Shown: piece after piece, positions 19,995 through 29,500 of the stretch
How the letters are laid out: each line of letters begins with the position of its first letter
Numbering within the stretch: position 1 is the first letter of the stretch
Source: Alphaproteobacteria bacterium
GTDB taxonomy: Bacteria > Pseudomonadota > Alphaproteobacteria > UBA9219 > RGZA01
Reading direction: 5' to 3'
Assembly: GCA_021732145.1 (NCBI GenBank)
Contig: JAKFVN010000005.1
Location: 7,019 to 71,018, forward strand
Length of the DNA: 64,000 nucleotides
Program-made: the position numbers and the translations under genes
The notes under the pieces: generated by a model
What the model saw: the letters and a program-made list of their open reading frames with translations, nothing else
What the model was told of the DNA's origin: nothing
Database searches by the model: none

Positions 19995-22900
19995 TGGCCA
20001 TGCCAGACCCGCAGATGCAGCGCCATTTTTCCATGAACTATTACCGCGGGCCAGCGCAGGAAACGTTTTACAGCGCCCATCCTGATTACAGGCCATCATA
20101 TGATGATGTGCGGCATATGGTGGAAGCCGGAAAGCTCATTGAAATCTTCTATGATTTCGAAGCATCCGATAAACTGGCGGGCAGCGCCGTGCCAAAAGAA
20201 TATGCTGCGCTGGCCTTTGATTTGCGCGGGCGGCTGCTGGCGCATTTACGCATTCCCATCGCTATTCCCGAGCATCAGGCCTATGCCATTGGCGCGGCAT
20301 TGGTGGGCCGCATCGGCGTGCGTGATATGGCGCAAGGTTGGCCGGGCCATATGGCGGCGACCATGGTGCAAAACTTCCTTAAAGAATCCACACAGCTCAA
20401 CGGAAATGTATTAGGGCTAGAAGAAGTCACCTTTGCTGATGGCAAAAAAGGCTTCCGCTATGATTTGCCAAGCGATGGCAAAGCGCCGGTTGAATTGGAA
20501 ATCCACCAAAGCGGAAAAAAATTCCGTTTTGCTGGCGAGGAAGACTGGCAAAAAATCTACGGCGTATCGCAGCCATTCAACGGCGAAAATTATGATGACC
20601 CGATGGCCAGCCATTGGTATGCGCGCATGGGCATGGCGAGCCTGTTCCCCGGAAACCAGAAACGCCACGATACATTCCGCGAAGACGTGCGCGCCAAAGC
20701 CATTTGGGAATGGGCATTTGGCAAGCAAGGCAAGGATGGTTTGGTGTTGCCAGACCGCTGGCATAAAAAGACCAAACGCATGGTGCGCTCAACGCGCCTT
20801 GGCGATATTTTGCTGGCCAATAGCCGTACAGCCAACCGTGCGCGCGGTGTGGAAGGCGGGGCGGTGTTCTATGATGGCCGCGACCCAGACCCAGAAATCA
20901 TGCATGCATCCGATGAAGATGCGGCGGGTACAGCCGCGCTTAGTTTTTATCTGCGCCGCCTTGACCCTGAAGGCATGCGGTTTGTTTCCAGTTTGGCAGA
21001 GCGCAATAGTTATAAGGATTTCCTGCAAGGCACGGATGATTTCACCGACCGCCCGGCGCTTGGTTTCGTGCATTATGATGAAGGGATGCTGACGCGCGGC
21101 ATTGGCACGCTGCTGGCGACCGATGATGAATATGACGGCTTTGGCGACCGCAAGCGCGCGCTGCTGTTTAATTTATGCCATAATCCCGATGATTTATTGC
21201 ATTTGAACCATGAACAATTGCGCCCGCTGCTGGTGCAGCGGCACAACCCGATTTTTGTGCCATTGGTTTTAAACCGCACGCCGCAAGTGTGCGAATTTGA
21301 CCGCGCCTATAAGGCAGGCGCGGGCGGGCAGCACTCACCGGAAGAATATCACCGCCGCCGCCATGTTATTCTTAGCCACCGCGCATTCATTCAGCGCGTG
21401 ATGGAAACGCAGCTGGATTTGGTTAGCGTAACGCGTCCGCCCAATATCGTGACGACGCGGTCATTGGAAGACGATAGTTACAGTAGATATGGCGATTTGA
21501 AATACTTTGCGTATAAGGATGCTGCGACGGGGCAAGTTATCCCCATTCGCAAAACGGAATACCCTGATGTGTATGCACGCGCGACCAATAAATGGAATTA
21601 TGTGCGCCAGTTTGATTATTTGCTGCGCAGGGCAACCGAAGGTCATGCGATTGAATACAGCGATGATGACACAGCGCTGCTGGATTATCAGGAACGGCTG
21701 AAGGAAGTTGAACGCAAGTTGAAAGCGCATCAAGTCGGGTGGGATAAGCCGTTCACTTTGCCGGAAACCGGCATGGCGCTGGGCACGATTGAAGATGCGC
21801 GCATGCATTTATGGACGCTGCGCCACGCATGCCGCGCCGCATTGTTCAATTGCGTGCCGGAATTCTGGGTGATTAATTCGCGTGGGCAGCGTTTGCCGTG
21901 GGAAAAAGTGATTGCGATGGAAAGCGGCACGCGCAAAGGGCAATGGCCGCTGCGCGAAGACCGCGAAACGGGCGACCATTTGCGCATTACGTTTGAGCGC
22001 AATGATAAATTGCATGCCATTATCACCGCGCTGCGCGTTTTAGATGCCGATGCGTTTCTTGCAAAGCAGGGAAGCAGGCGCTGGCAAGAATGGTGGCGCA
22101 ATTATGTGGATACGAACTACGCCGAATGGAAACCGTTTTACGAAGCGTTTATCACATTGGGCGTGCAAGGCCCGCCGAACTTAGAGGCATCCGAACAGCG
22201 CCGCATGAGCGAGCGCAAGGCATTGCTGGAAATCGACCAGTTGATGAACAAGGCGGCGGAAACACCCGCCAGCGATTACATCCGCACGGTTTTAAAAACG
22301 CCGCAGGGGCAAAAACTGCTCGCGGAGCATCACGCGCATAAAAAACGCCGCATGAAAGCGTATCGGTGGACACCGGATAAGATGGAATTGATGGGATACG
22401 ATGCGCAGACGGCGTACCCAACGCTGAATACGCGTTACCGCATTGACCCGAAGAAGCTGATACGCCTGAAAGTGCCGGATGTAATGCTGGATCACCCGGA
22501 TTGGGATGATCACTGGCATCGCTTCCATATTATTGAACGCCCGCACCGCGATGTGCTGCGCGCCATTGAAAAGGCCGGGCCGGATACAGTCGTGTTGCTG
22601 GAAGGCGAAGCCACAGGCATGTTCCGCCTGGCAGCAAAAGCCGTGTGTCACCGCTTGCCGCCGCAGGGCGAGCGCACCCAGCAGGCAATTGCACGCGCAA
22701 AAAGTTCATATGGCACGGTTGGCAGGCAGTTATCCGGCCTTGCCGATGGGTTGCGCCTATTGAGTTTCGAGCAAATGGCGCCCGTGCATTTTGAACGCAA
22801 GGTGGATGAGTGTATTCAGCATGTCGCACTGCCGGCGCAGGATTGGGCGGGTTTAGCCGATGCCCGCGCAGGTGGTTTGCCAAAACCGCTGAAGAAGCTG

Positions 22901-23305
22901 ACCGGCATTATTGTGCGTGATACGGGTCAGGAATTCACCCAAGGGGATATTCGCCTGCGCCGCATGTCACGCGGGGAAGAAACGGGCGATGAGTATTCAG
23001 GGCGCCTCAAATCCGCGCAGCGCGTATCGCTCGACGATATTTGCAAGATGAGCGATGCGCAGGCGCAGCCATTCGGAAAATTATCCGCCGCCGATTTATA
23101 CAGCCAATGGAAAAAACTATTTGCCGATATGCGCGTCACTGACCCCGCCAAACAAAAGCTGTGGATTTTGAAGCTGGAGCGCCCGGTTAGCAAACTGACC
23201 TACACTTATTTCAACCGCGCGCAGCAGCCGGTTGCTGCGTTTATTTCCACACGGCCATTAAAAGGCCGCCAACAAAAACCGCAAGCTAGAAGGGCCGCAG
23301 CATGA
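19994..23305 (+). CDS. large hypothetical protein (1103 aa)
   Basis: Its start overlaps the upstream stop by 1 nt (TGATG). No NTPase motif. A possible DnaQ-like Exo-I-type DxE (IFYDFEASD) lies near the N-terminus. Confidence 0.55.
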   Translation: MAMPDPQMQRHFSMNYYRGPAQETFYSAHPDYRPSYDDVRHMVEAGKLIEIFYDFEASDKLAGSAVPKEYAALAFDLRGRLLAHLRIPIAIPEHQAYAIGAALVGRIGVRDMAQGWPGHMAATMVQNFLKESTQLNGNVLGLEEVTFADGKKGFRYDLPSDGKAPVELEIHQSGKKFRFAGEEDWQKIYGVSQPFNGENYDDPMASHWYARMGMASLFPGNQKRHDTFREDVRAKAIWEWAFGKQGKDGLVLPDRWHKKTKRMVRSTRLGDILLANSRTANRARGVEGGAVFYDGRDPDPEIMHASDEDAAGTAALSFYLRRLDPEGMRFVSSLAERNSYKDFLQGTDDFTDRPALGFVHYDEGMLTRGIGTLLATDDEYDGFGDRKRALLFNLCHNPDDLLHLNHEQLRPLLVQRHNPIFVPLVLNRTPQVCEFDRAYKAGAGGQHSPEEYHRRRHVILSHRAFIQRVMETQLDLVSVTRPPNIVTTRSLEDDSYSRYGDLKYFAYKDAATGQVIPIRKTEYPDVYARATNKWNYVRQFDYLLRRATEGHAIEYSDDDTALLDYQERLKEVERKLKAHQVGWDKPFTLPETGMALGTIEDARMHLWTLRHACRAALFNCVPEFWVINSRGQRLPWEKVIAMESGTRKGQWPLREDRETGDHLRITFERNDKLHAIITALRVLDADAFLAKQGSRRWQEWWRNYVDTNYAEWKPFYEAFITLGVQGPPNLEASEQRRMSERKALLEIDQLMNKAAETPASDYIRTVLKTPQGQKLLAEHHAHKKRRMKAYRWTPDKMELMGYDAQTAYPTLNTRYRIDPKKLIRLKVPDVMLDHPDWDDHWHRFHIIERPHRDVLRAIEKAGPDTVVLLEGEATGMFRLAAKAVCHRLPPQGERTQQAIARAKSSYGTVGRQLSGLADGLRLLSFEQMAPVHFERKVDECIQHVALPAQDWAGLADARAGGLPKPLKKLTGIIVRDTGQEFTQGDIRLRRMSRGEETGDEYSGRLKSAQRVSLDDICKMSDAQAQPFGKLSAADLYSQWKKLFADMRVTDPAKQKLWILKLERPVSKLTYTYFNRAQQPVAAFISTRPLKGRQQKPQARRAAA

Positions 23306-25572
23306 GCACAGAACCCGATTATGCAGCATTATACCGTGATGTTCATTTGTTTGGCGAGAAGCGCGGAATGTTTTCACCGTTTTATCAAGCGCATGCGCGA
23401 AAGAAAGGCCCGCGCTTTGACCAAATGCGTGCGGTGAACACGGTTGCGTTTGTAACATTGGCGCAGTTGCTGCAGGGCAAACGCACGATTTACCGCTTTG
23501 GTGCGATTTCAAAAGGCATGCGTGCCAATTATCAGGCGAAGATGAACGGCCCATTCATGGTGGAACGCGGCGACGGGTCATTAAAGCGCGGTTTTGATAC
23601 GCTTGATCTCGATGAAAAAATTGGCTCGCAGCAATATGTCGCCGAAGTCATTCTGCCGAACCAGCGCACGCAGATTGAGGGTCTCAGCTTCCTGCGTTCG
23701 CTGTTTCCGGAAAGCCCGGTGATTGTGCCCGCGTTTTTGCAGGCAGCAACCGTGCTGGCTGGCCAGCCCAATTTCGACCGTGGCGTAAAGCGCAAGGACA
23801 AGGATTACATGGTGCTGTGGGACCCCGTGATTGTGGAGTTGATTAACATGCTGCCCATGCAGGGGGATTGGCATTTCTCGCGCTCATCACACCTTGAACT
23901 GGGCCGCGCCGTGTTGATTGCCGCGGGATTGGAACCACGCAGACCCGAAGCGGATATGAGCTTCCCCGATGTTGAAAAAAATGAAGTCACACTATTTGAA
24001 ATGGCAAAGAAACGCCTTGAGTACCTGGTATGGGCGGCAGAAAACAAATTTGATTTGGATATAGAGCCAACGCATCTTGTTCGTGACTTGGCGATTGCGC
24101 AAATGGCGGAGCGCGGGCTGCTGCCCAATGCCAACCCCGTATTCATGGCGGGGATTGAAGCGAATATTGCAGGCCTTCGTGAGTTGCAAAAGGAAGTCGA
24201 ACCGTTTTTGCTGGCGCAAATTAAAGCGGATAAGTTTGAAATTGATACAACGGATTTGAAAGCGGTTAATCCCAATTTCGCGTTTTCCGTTGAAGCGGCA
24301 AAGAGCGGTGTATTGCCCGCCTCATCCTTCAGTCTTTCGGGCATTGCGGACAGGTTCGGTTTGCGCCGCTATTCCGATGCCGATTTGCAATCGGATATTT
24401 ATAACAGTGAAGAAATCCAGCGCATGAACAGGCAGGGGTTTGCGCTGGGCGCGGGGGATATTTTCCTTCCCCCCATGCGCCCCAGCGATACGGAGGCCAA
24501 ATCGCTGAAAGACCATGATGGGCGCAGCATTTTCTCCCGCCCCGTCATCACCGATTTGACCGAGCGTGAGATGATGCAGGCGCAGTTTGTGCTGGGCGCG
24601 GCAGAAACATTCATGCTGCCTGCCAAGCGCACGCTGTTTATTGTCGCCGATGATAAGTACGGGCCGGAAACCGCAAAACTGAACGGGCTGGCGTATGATG
24701 ATGAAGCGCCCAATGCCGCTGGCGCGGAGTTCCAAAAGAAAGTTCGCGAGCCGCATCGCGCCATCATCCGTGACTTGCAGCACCAGCTAAGCGCGCACGG
24801 CCATGTGATTAGCGCGCCGGACTTCCAACGTGTTTATGGCGTGTTCCAAGCCTTACCGGAATTTGCGGTATCGCCCGGCGAAGCCATGCCCGGAAGCGCG
24901 GCGCGGCTGGCGGCACGGCACCGTTACCTTGCGCGCAACGTGACCGATTTTGTGTTCAAGACAGGAATGTGGGAACAGTCGAATGACGGGGTGCAGGATA
25001 TGATTTTGGCAACCCGCATGCAGTTGGGACTGGAATCTGGCGCAGCACATGAACCGCACACCATTCGTGTCGTTGACGAAAACGGCAAGCCGCTATCGCT
25101 GGCTGACCGTGCGATGGCGATATGGCCGCAGTTGAAGAAGGCGATTGAAGCAGGGCGTGACGCGCATGATTTGGTGGAGCCAGCAACGGCGATTGCGCAG
25201 TGTTGGGCGTTCCACCGCTTGCTCACCGATCATCCGCTGCGCCAGATGGTGTTCACCGATTTACGCGAAAAAGAAAAGCTGTTCCTCCCCGCGAATATGA
25301 ATTGGCACCGCTTGCCCGTGCAACCCGGGGCCTATGGCCAGCAGGAATTTGAAAAATTATGGCATGACGAAATCAAGCCTGCGCTCGAAGGACGCATGGC
25401 AATGGCCGTGCGCACGCGTCACTTATCGCACATGGATGATTTTGCGGAATTAAAACGCAGGCAGGATGCCGCGCAAAAAATGGATATGGCTGGCACGCGG
25501 CCAGAAGCGGCGCGCGCGGCAAAAAGCGGCGGCGTGGCTGGCGTGCGCGAAGCGGCGCGCAATACCATGTGA
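23302..25572 (+). CDS. hypothetical protein (756 aa), last gene of the large operon
   Basis: Overlaps the upstream gene by 4 nt (ATGA). No recognised motif. Confidence 0.55.
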   Translation: MSTEPDYAALYRDVHLFGEKRGMFSPFYQAHARKKGPRFDQMRAVNTVAFVTLAQLLQGKRTIYRFGAISKGMRANYQAKMNGPFMVERGDGSLKRGFDTLDLDEKIGSQQYVAEVILPNQRTQIEGLSFLRSLFPESPVIVPAFLQAATVLAGQPNFDRGVKRKDKDYMVLWDPVIVELINMLPMQGDWHFSRSSHLELGRAVLIAAGLEPRRPEADMSFPDVEKNEVTLFEMAKKRLEYLVWAAENKFDLDIEPTHLVRDLAIAQMAERGLLPNANPVFMAGIEANIAGLRELQKEVEPFLLAQIKADKFEIDTTDLKAVNPNFAFSVEAAKSGVLPASSFSLSGIADRFGLRRYSDADLQSDIYNSEEIQRMNRQGFALGAGDIFLPPMRPSDTEAKSLKDHDGRSIFSRPVITDLTEREMMQAQFVLGAAETFMLPAKRTLFIVADDKYGPETAKLNGLAYDDEAPNAAGAEFQKKVREPHRAIIRDLQHQLSAHGHVISAPDFQRVYGVFQALPEFAVSPGEAMPGSAARLAARHRYLARNVTDFVFKTGMWEQSNDGVQDMILATRMQLGLESGAAHEPHTIRVVDENGKPLSLADRAMAIWPQLKKAIEAGRDAHDLVEPATAIAQCWAFHRLLTDHPLRQMVFTDLREKEKLFLPANMNWHRLPVQPGAYGQQEFEKLWHDEIKPALEGRMAMAVRTRHLSHMDDFAELKRRQDAAQKMDMAGTRPEAARAAKSGGVAGVREAARNTM

Positions 25573-25604
25573 TGGATTGGGCAATCGAGTGAGTTAGGAT
25601 TTTC

Positions 25605-25944
25605 GAGGACTAAAAACCCGCAGCAGTGCCAGAATTTTGCTAACACCAACCCTACTGCGGGTCATTGCGTTCTGAACGTTGAAGCAGAACGAACCTTCAT
25701 ATTTATGCTGATTTGCCTAAAGAGTCGATATGGAAAATTGATACGAAAGTAAAATAATTCGCTAGACGATTCATTTTATTCGGGTAAGTTTTGCGTCGCT
25801 AACACCACTAAACCAGTGACAGAATCACTATCTGAACATGCATGTGGCACAATGTGATTACCCGCTTTAGCGGGGTAGTCTTGCGCCAAGCTTGATGTGC
25901 ATGTGGATAACTTTCTGGCATTGGCACAATTGCCGGAATATCCA
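25605..25944 (+). promoter_or_regulatory. conserved leader module, copy 3. The 49-nt stretch is at 25613-25661.
   Basis: Same blocks as copies 1 and 2, including the hairpin cccgctttagcgggg at 25861-25875 and caattgccggaatatcca immediately before the ATG at 25945. Confidence 0.6.
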
Positions 25945-27042
25945 ATGCCCCACAAGGCACACGAAGAACCAGAACCCAAAATTGCCCAAATAAGCCCGGA
26001 TGTGCTGCGTCATATTGACCGCGCCAATAATGTTGATTGGGACAGGGTTGTGCCGCTTGCCATCAATTATGGCCGTTGCAGAGCAACTGGCATAATGGTG
26101 AAAGAGTTTGCCGAAGAGCTGGCGGCGGCTGGCTTCGTAAAGCAGGCAGGCAACGGTACTTATGCGCTGAATATCGAAAAGCACCCGCTGGCCAAGGAAG
26201 ATGTTGAAGCGCATATCAAGACAGTCGAGCAATACTGCATTGAAAAGAAGCATATTGCGGAGCTGCGCGGCGAGCGCCTGTATTTAACCGACAGTTTAAA
26301 CCCCGAACATAAAGACCGCTATGCCACCTATGACCGCAATTTGCGCGTGATGGGCTTTTGGGTGCATTCGGTATGCGTGATTACGCATCAATGCACGGGC
26401 GAGCATAAGGGCGATCTCATTCTGGCGGAACGCCACCCGCTGATTATCGAAACCAAGAATGACAGCAAATGGGATCCGTTATCGGGCGCGATTGCCGCGG
26501 GCACAACGCCATTTGAAACATTGGTCAGCGAAGGGTTTGATGAGTACGGTTTAAGCGAGCGCCAGATGCGCCGCGCGCGACCCTTAACAACAGTGACAAC
26601 GCAGCGCGTGTGCAGCGAAAACTCAAATCATATTGTGCGTGAACGTGTGCAGGTCAGCATGCTTGGCTTAACCGGAAAAGAATTCAAACGCCTGGCCTGC
26701 CATGACGTGAAAGATGTGGTGGTGCGGCACGGCGAAGGCACGCGCAAGATGGGCGTGACATCGAATGTCGGCTTTGTGCGCGTATCGCCTGGCAAGGTGA
26801 TGGAGCATTTGCGCAAGCGCAAGCACTTGAAGAACGGCAAGGCCTTATCGATGCTCAGCTATTTGGTGCGTGAGGGCCATACTGCAGCAGCCGACCCCAG
26901 CGCGGCAGATATCCGCAATCGCCTTGCGCATAAGCCAAAAACCTATTGCCGCACCAGCAAAACCTGGAAAATGCATATCCGCACGCCGGTTCGCGGCGCG
27001 ATGCGTCATGCGCAACCTGCACAATGCAGGCTTGCGGCATGA
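25945..27042 (+). CDS. hypothetical protein with a degenerate Nudix-like box
   Basis: GAIAAGTTPFETLVSEGFDEYGL resembles the Nudix motif Gx5Ex7REUxEExGU. I set the start at 25945 because the leader alignment with copy 2 places the ATG there; the longer ORF from 25897 would run over conserved leader sequence. Confidence 0.5.
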   Translation: MPHKAHEEPEPKIAQISPDVLRHIDRANNVDWDRVVPLAINYGRCRATGIMVKEFAEELAAAGFVKQAGNGTYALNIEKHPLAKEDVEAHIKTVEQYCIEKKHIAELRGERLYLTDSLNPEHKDRYATYDRNLRVMGFWVHSVCVITHQCTGEHKGDLILAERHPLIIETKNDSKWDPLSGAIAAGTTPFETLVSEGFDEYGLSERQMRRARPLTTVTTQRVCSENSNHIVRERVQVSMLGLTGKEFKRLACHDVKDVVVRHGEGTRKMGVTSNVGFVRVSPGKVMEHLRKRKHLKNGKALSMLSYLVREGHTAAADPSAADIRNRLAHKPKTYCRTSKTWKMHIRTPVRGAMRHAQPAQCRLAA

Positions 27043-28139
27043 GTTTTATCACAACGCGTGATTTATTCATTGACGCTGCACGCATGGTTGCCAAACGGAT
27101 GAAAATTATCCACCCGCGCCCATTGCTGATGCGGCTTGATTTTGAAGACGGCGTTCACCTGTTCACGCATGGCGCAAAACCAAATCTCAATACGATTGGC
27201 GTTGGCAAAATCGCCAGGGATAAGGATTTAACGGTGCGCGTTCTGGAAAATCTGGGCTTGCCCACGCCGCCATCGCATTTCGTTGAATTAACGCGCGAAA
27301 AATTTGCCAAGGCCGATGACATTACCCAGACAGCGGAATATAAGGCGTTGGATGCGTTTGCGCAGCGCGTGGGTTACCCGATTTTTCTAAAGCCCAACCA
27401 GGGTTCGCAGGGTTGCAATGTGTTCTGCGTGCCGGATGAAGATAAGCTGAAAAATATTGTGGGTTCACTGATTAAACGCGCGCCGGGTTATTTCATCGCG
27501 CAGGAAGCATCAGTGGGCGAGGAATACCGCATTGTAGTGGTGCAGGGTGAAATCCAGCTTGCCTATTACCGCCGCCCGTTATCGGTAGTGGGGGATGGCG
27601 TTGCAACCATTCAGCATTTGGTTGACCGCCAGAATAGATGGCTGCAAAAACGCGGCCGCCATACCAATTTGAAATCCAATAGCGATAAAATTAAAATGCA
27701 TTTGGCAAGCCAAGGCCTGCGCCTTGATAGCGTATTGCCAATGGGCGATGTGGTGACGGTATTATCTAACCGCAATCTGTCCGATGGCAGCGAGCCCGTT
27801 GAATGCACGCAGATGATACGCGAAAAATACAGCGCGCTGTGTCGCGATGTTTATGAGCGGGGCGGCGTTGATTATTGCGGGTTGGATTTAATCGAAGATA
27901 TTCGCAGCGGTCAGATTAAACCTGTAATCATCGAAATTAACAGCAGCCCCGGCTACAAGCATTTCATTCGCAGCGCGCCGGAAAACCCGCCGCTGGTGCG
28001 CAGCGTATTCATCGAAGCCATTCATGCATCGCACCGCAAGCAGGTGCTGCTGCATTCGGCATACCGCCCCAGCGTTTATCTTTTAACCAGCACCACGCCG
28101 CCGCAACCCCCGCACGCCGCACTGTTAATCCAGGGATGA
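27039..28139 (+). CDS. ATP-grasp family ligase (RimK/cyanophycin-synthetase-like fold)
   Basis: PIFLKPNQGSQGCNVF, EEYRIVVVQGEI and GLDLIED...PVIIEINSSPG fit ATP-grasp motifs. The start overlaps the upstream stop (ATGA). Confidence 0.65.
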   Translation: MSFITTRDLFIDAARMVAKRMKIIHPRPLLMRLDFEDGVHLFTHGAKPNLNTIGVGKIARDKDLTVRVLENLGLPTPPSHFVELTREKFAKADDITQTAEYKALDAFAQRVGYPIFLKPNQGSQGCNVFCVPDEDKLKNIVGSLIKRAPGYFIAQEASVGEEYRIVVVQGEIQLAYYRRPLSVVGDGVATIQHLVDRQNRWLQKRGRHTNLKSNSDKIKMHLASQGLRLDSVLPMGDVVTVLSNRNLSDGSEPVECTQMIREKYSALCRDVYERGGVDYCGLDLIEDIRSGQIKPVIIEINSSPGYKHFIRSAPENPPLVRSVFIEAIHASHRKQVLLHSAYRPSVYLLTSTTPPQPPHAALLIQG

Positions 28140-28143
28140 AAGG

Positions 28144-29424
28144 ATGCCCCGTATGACCGCACCCCCAAGCAATAGCCATGCAGCGCATGATTTATTTGCG
28201 CCCGCAGCGCAGCAGGTTTCCTTAAGCGATGCAATTGAATTGCACCGTTTTCAGGGCGTGAAGGACGCGCACCGCGTCGCGCTGATTGAAAGATTGCTGC
28301 ACGGGCTTGCCACGGTTGTGCCCAGCAAGGCGAATAGCGACATTTTGCTGATGGTGTGCGGCAATGAAGAACATTTTCGCTTGGCCAAAAAACTGATGGC
28401 TGAATTCAGTGACATGTTCGCGGCTGTAAAAGAAAAGCATGACAATAATAAAAAATGCGTTGAAGCGATGCATGAGCGCGTGAAAACCATGCGTGAAAGC
28501 AATGGCCTGTTTAAAGACAGGGATACGAAGGTTCCAGGCTTCCTTCGTGATGTGAAGCTGCGCCCGCGCGAAGCCTTAAGCGAAGGCCAAACCCCGCTGA
28601 TTGATAGCCTTGCCGATGAAACCACCAATATCATTGCCGTGCTGGGGCATTTTGGTTCGGGCAAAACCTATCTGGCGGTGGCGCAGGGGCTTGAGGATAT
28701 TATCACGGGCCGCCGCACCAAGCTGATTGCGACGCGTAAAGAGTCGCCGGTGCATAAGCAAATCGGCTTTGTGCCGGGCACCCAGCACGACAAAACCAAG
28801 CGTGATAACCACGCCGTGTTTGAAAATCTGGTCAAGGTGATGATGGATTGGGGCGTGCCTGAAAAGGATGCGATTGATAAAACCGAACGCCTCATCAAGC
28901 CATCCAAATCATTATTACCGGGGCAGGAAATTGTTGAAGTGGTGCTGCCCGCGCAATTGGAAGGCCGCACCATCCACGATGCGGTGATTATCCTGGATGA
29001 AGCGCATGGCATTCCCACCGCGTTGATGCGCGGCATTCTGGGACGGCTTGGCAATAATTCGAAGCTCATTATCATGGGGGACTTCCACCAGATTAATGAC
29101 AAGCGCTTGCGCCAAACCCATTATGATGAAGATGACGGATGCGGCCTTGCCTATGCGGTGTCGTTTCTGGCCGATAGCCCGAACATTGATAACATTGCCA
29201 TGATTGTGAACATGGATGCCAAGGATGTGCATCGCAGCGCGGCAACGCGCGAAGTTGCCTTTGCGATGCAGGCTTACGCTAAAAAGCGCGGGCGTTTTCC
29301 CGTATGGCAGGGTGATATTGATAATGCGCTGGTGCAATATGCGGAACGCAAGCAAACCGCAATGCGTTCAAACGTGGCAACGCTGCGCAGGTCGCGCATT
29401 GCCACTGCATCCTGCGATGCCTGA
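28144..29424 (+). CDS. PhoH-like ATPase with an N-terminal extension of about 170 aa
   Basis: Walker A LGHFGSGKTYLAVA, ATRKESPV...GFVPGT, and Walker B IILDEAHG match PhoH-family motifs. Confidence 0.7.
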   Translation: MPRMTAPPSNSHAAHDLFAPAAQQVSLSDAIELHRFQGVKDAHRVALIERLLHGLATVVPSKANSDILLMVCGNEEHFRLAKKLMAEFSDMFAAVKEKHDNNKKCVEAMHERVKTMRESNGLFKDRDTKVPGFLRDVKLRPREALSEGQTPLIDSLADETTNIIAVLGHFGSGKTYLAVAQGLEDIITGRRTKLIATRKESPVHKQIGFVPGTQHDKTKRDNHAVFENLVKVMMDWGVPEKDAIDKTERLIKPSKSLLPGQEIVEVVLPAQLEGRTIHDAVIILDEAHGIPTALMRGILGRLGNNSKLIIMGDFHQINDKRLRQTHYDEDDGCGLAYAVSFLADSPNIDNIAMIVNMDAKDVHRSAATREVAFAMQAYAKKRGRFPVWQGDIDNALVQYAERKQTAMRSNVATLRRSRIATASCDA

Positions 29425-29500
29425 TTGAGTCGCAGGCATGATGCGGCTGAAATGAGGCAGCTTGTTTCGCCGGCGATGGCGGTGGTATCGTCAGCTTATG

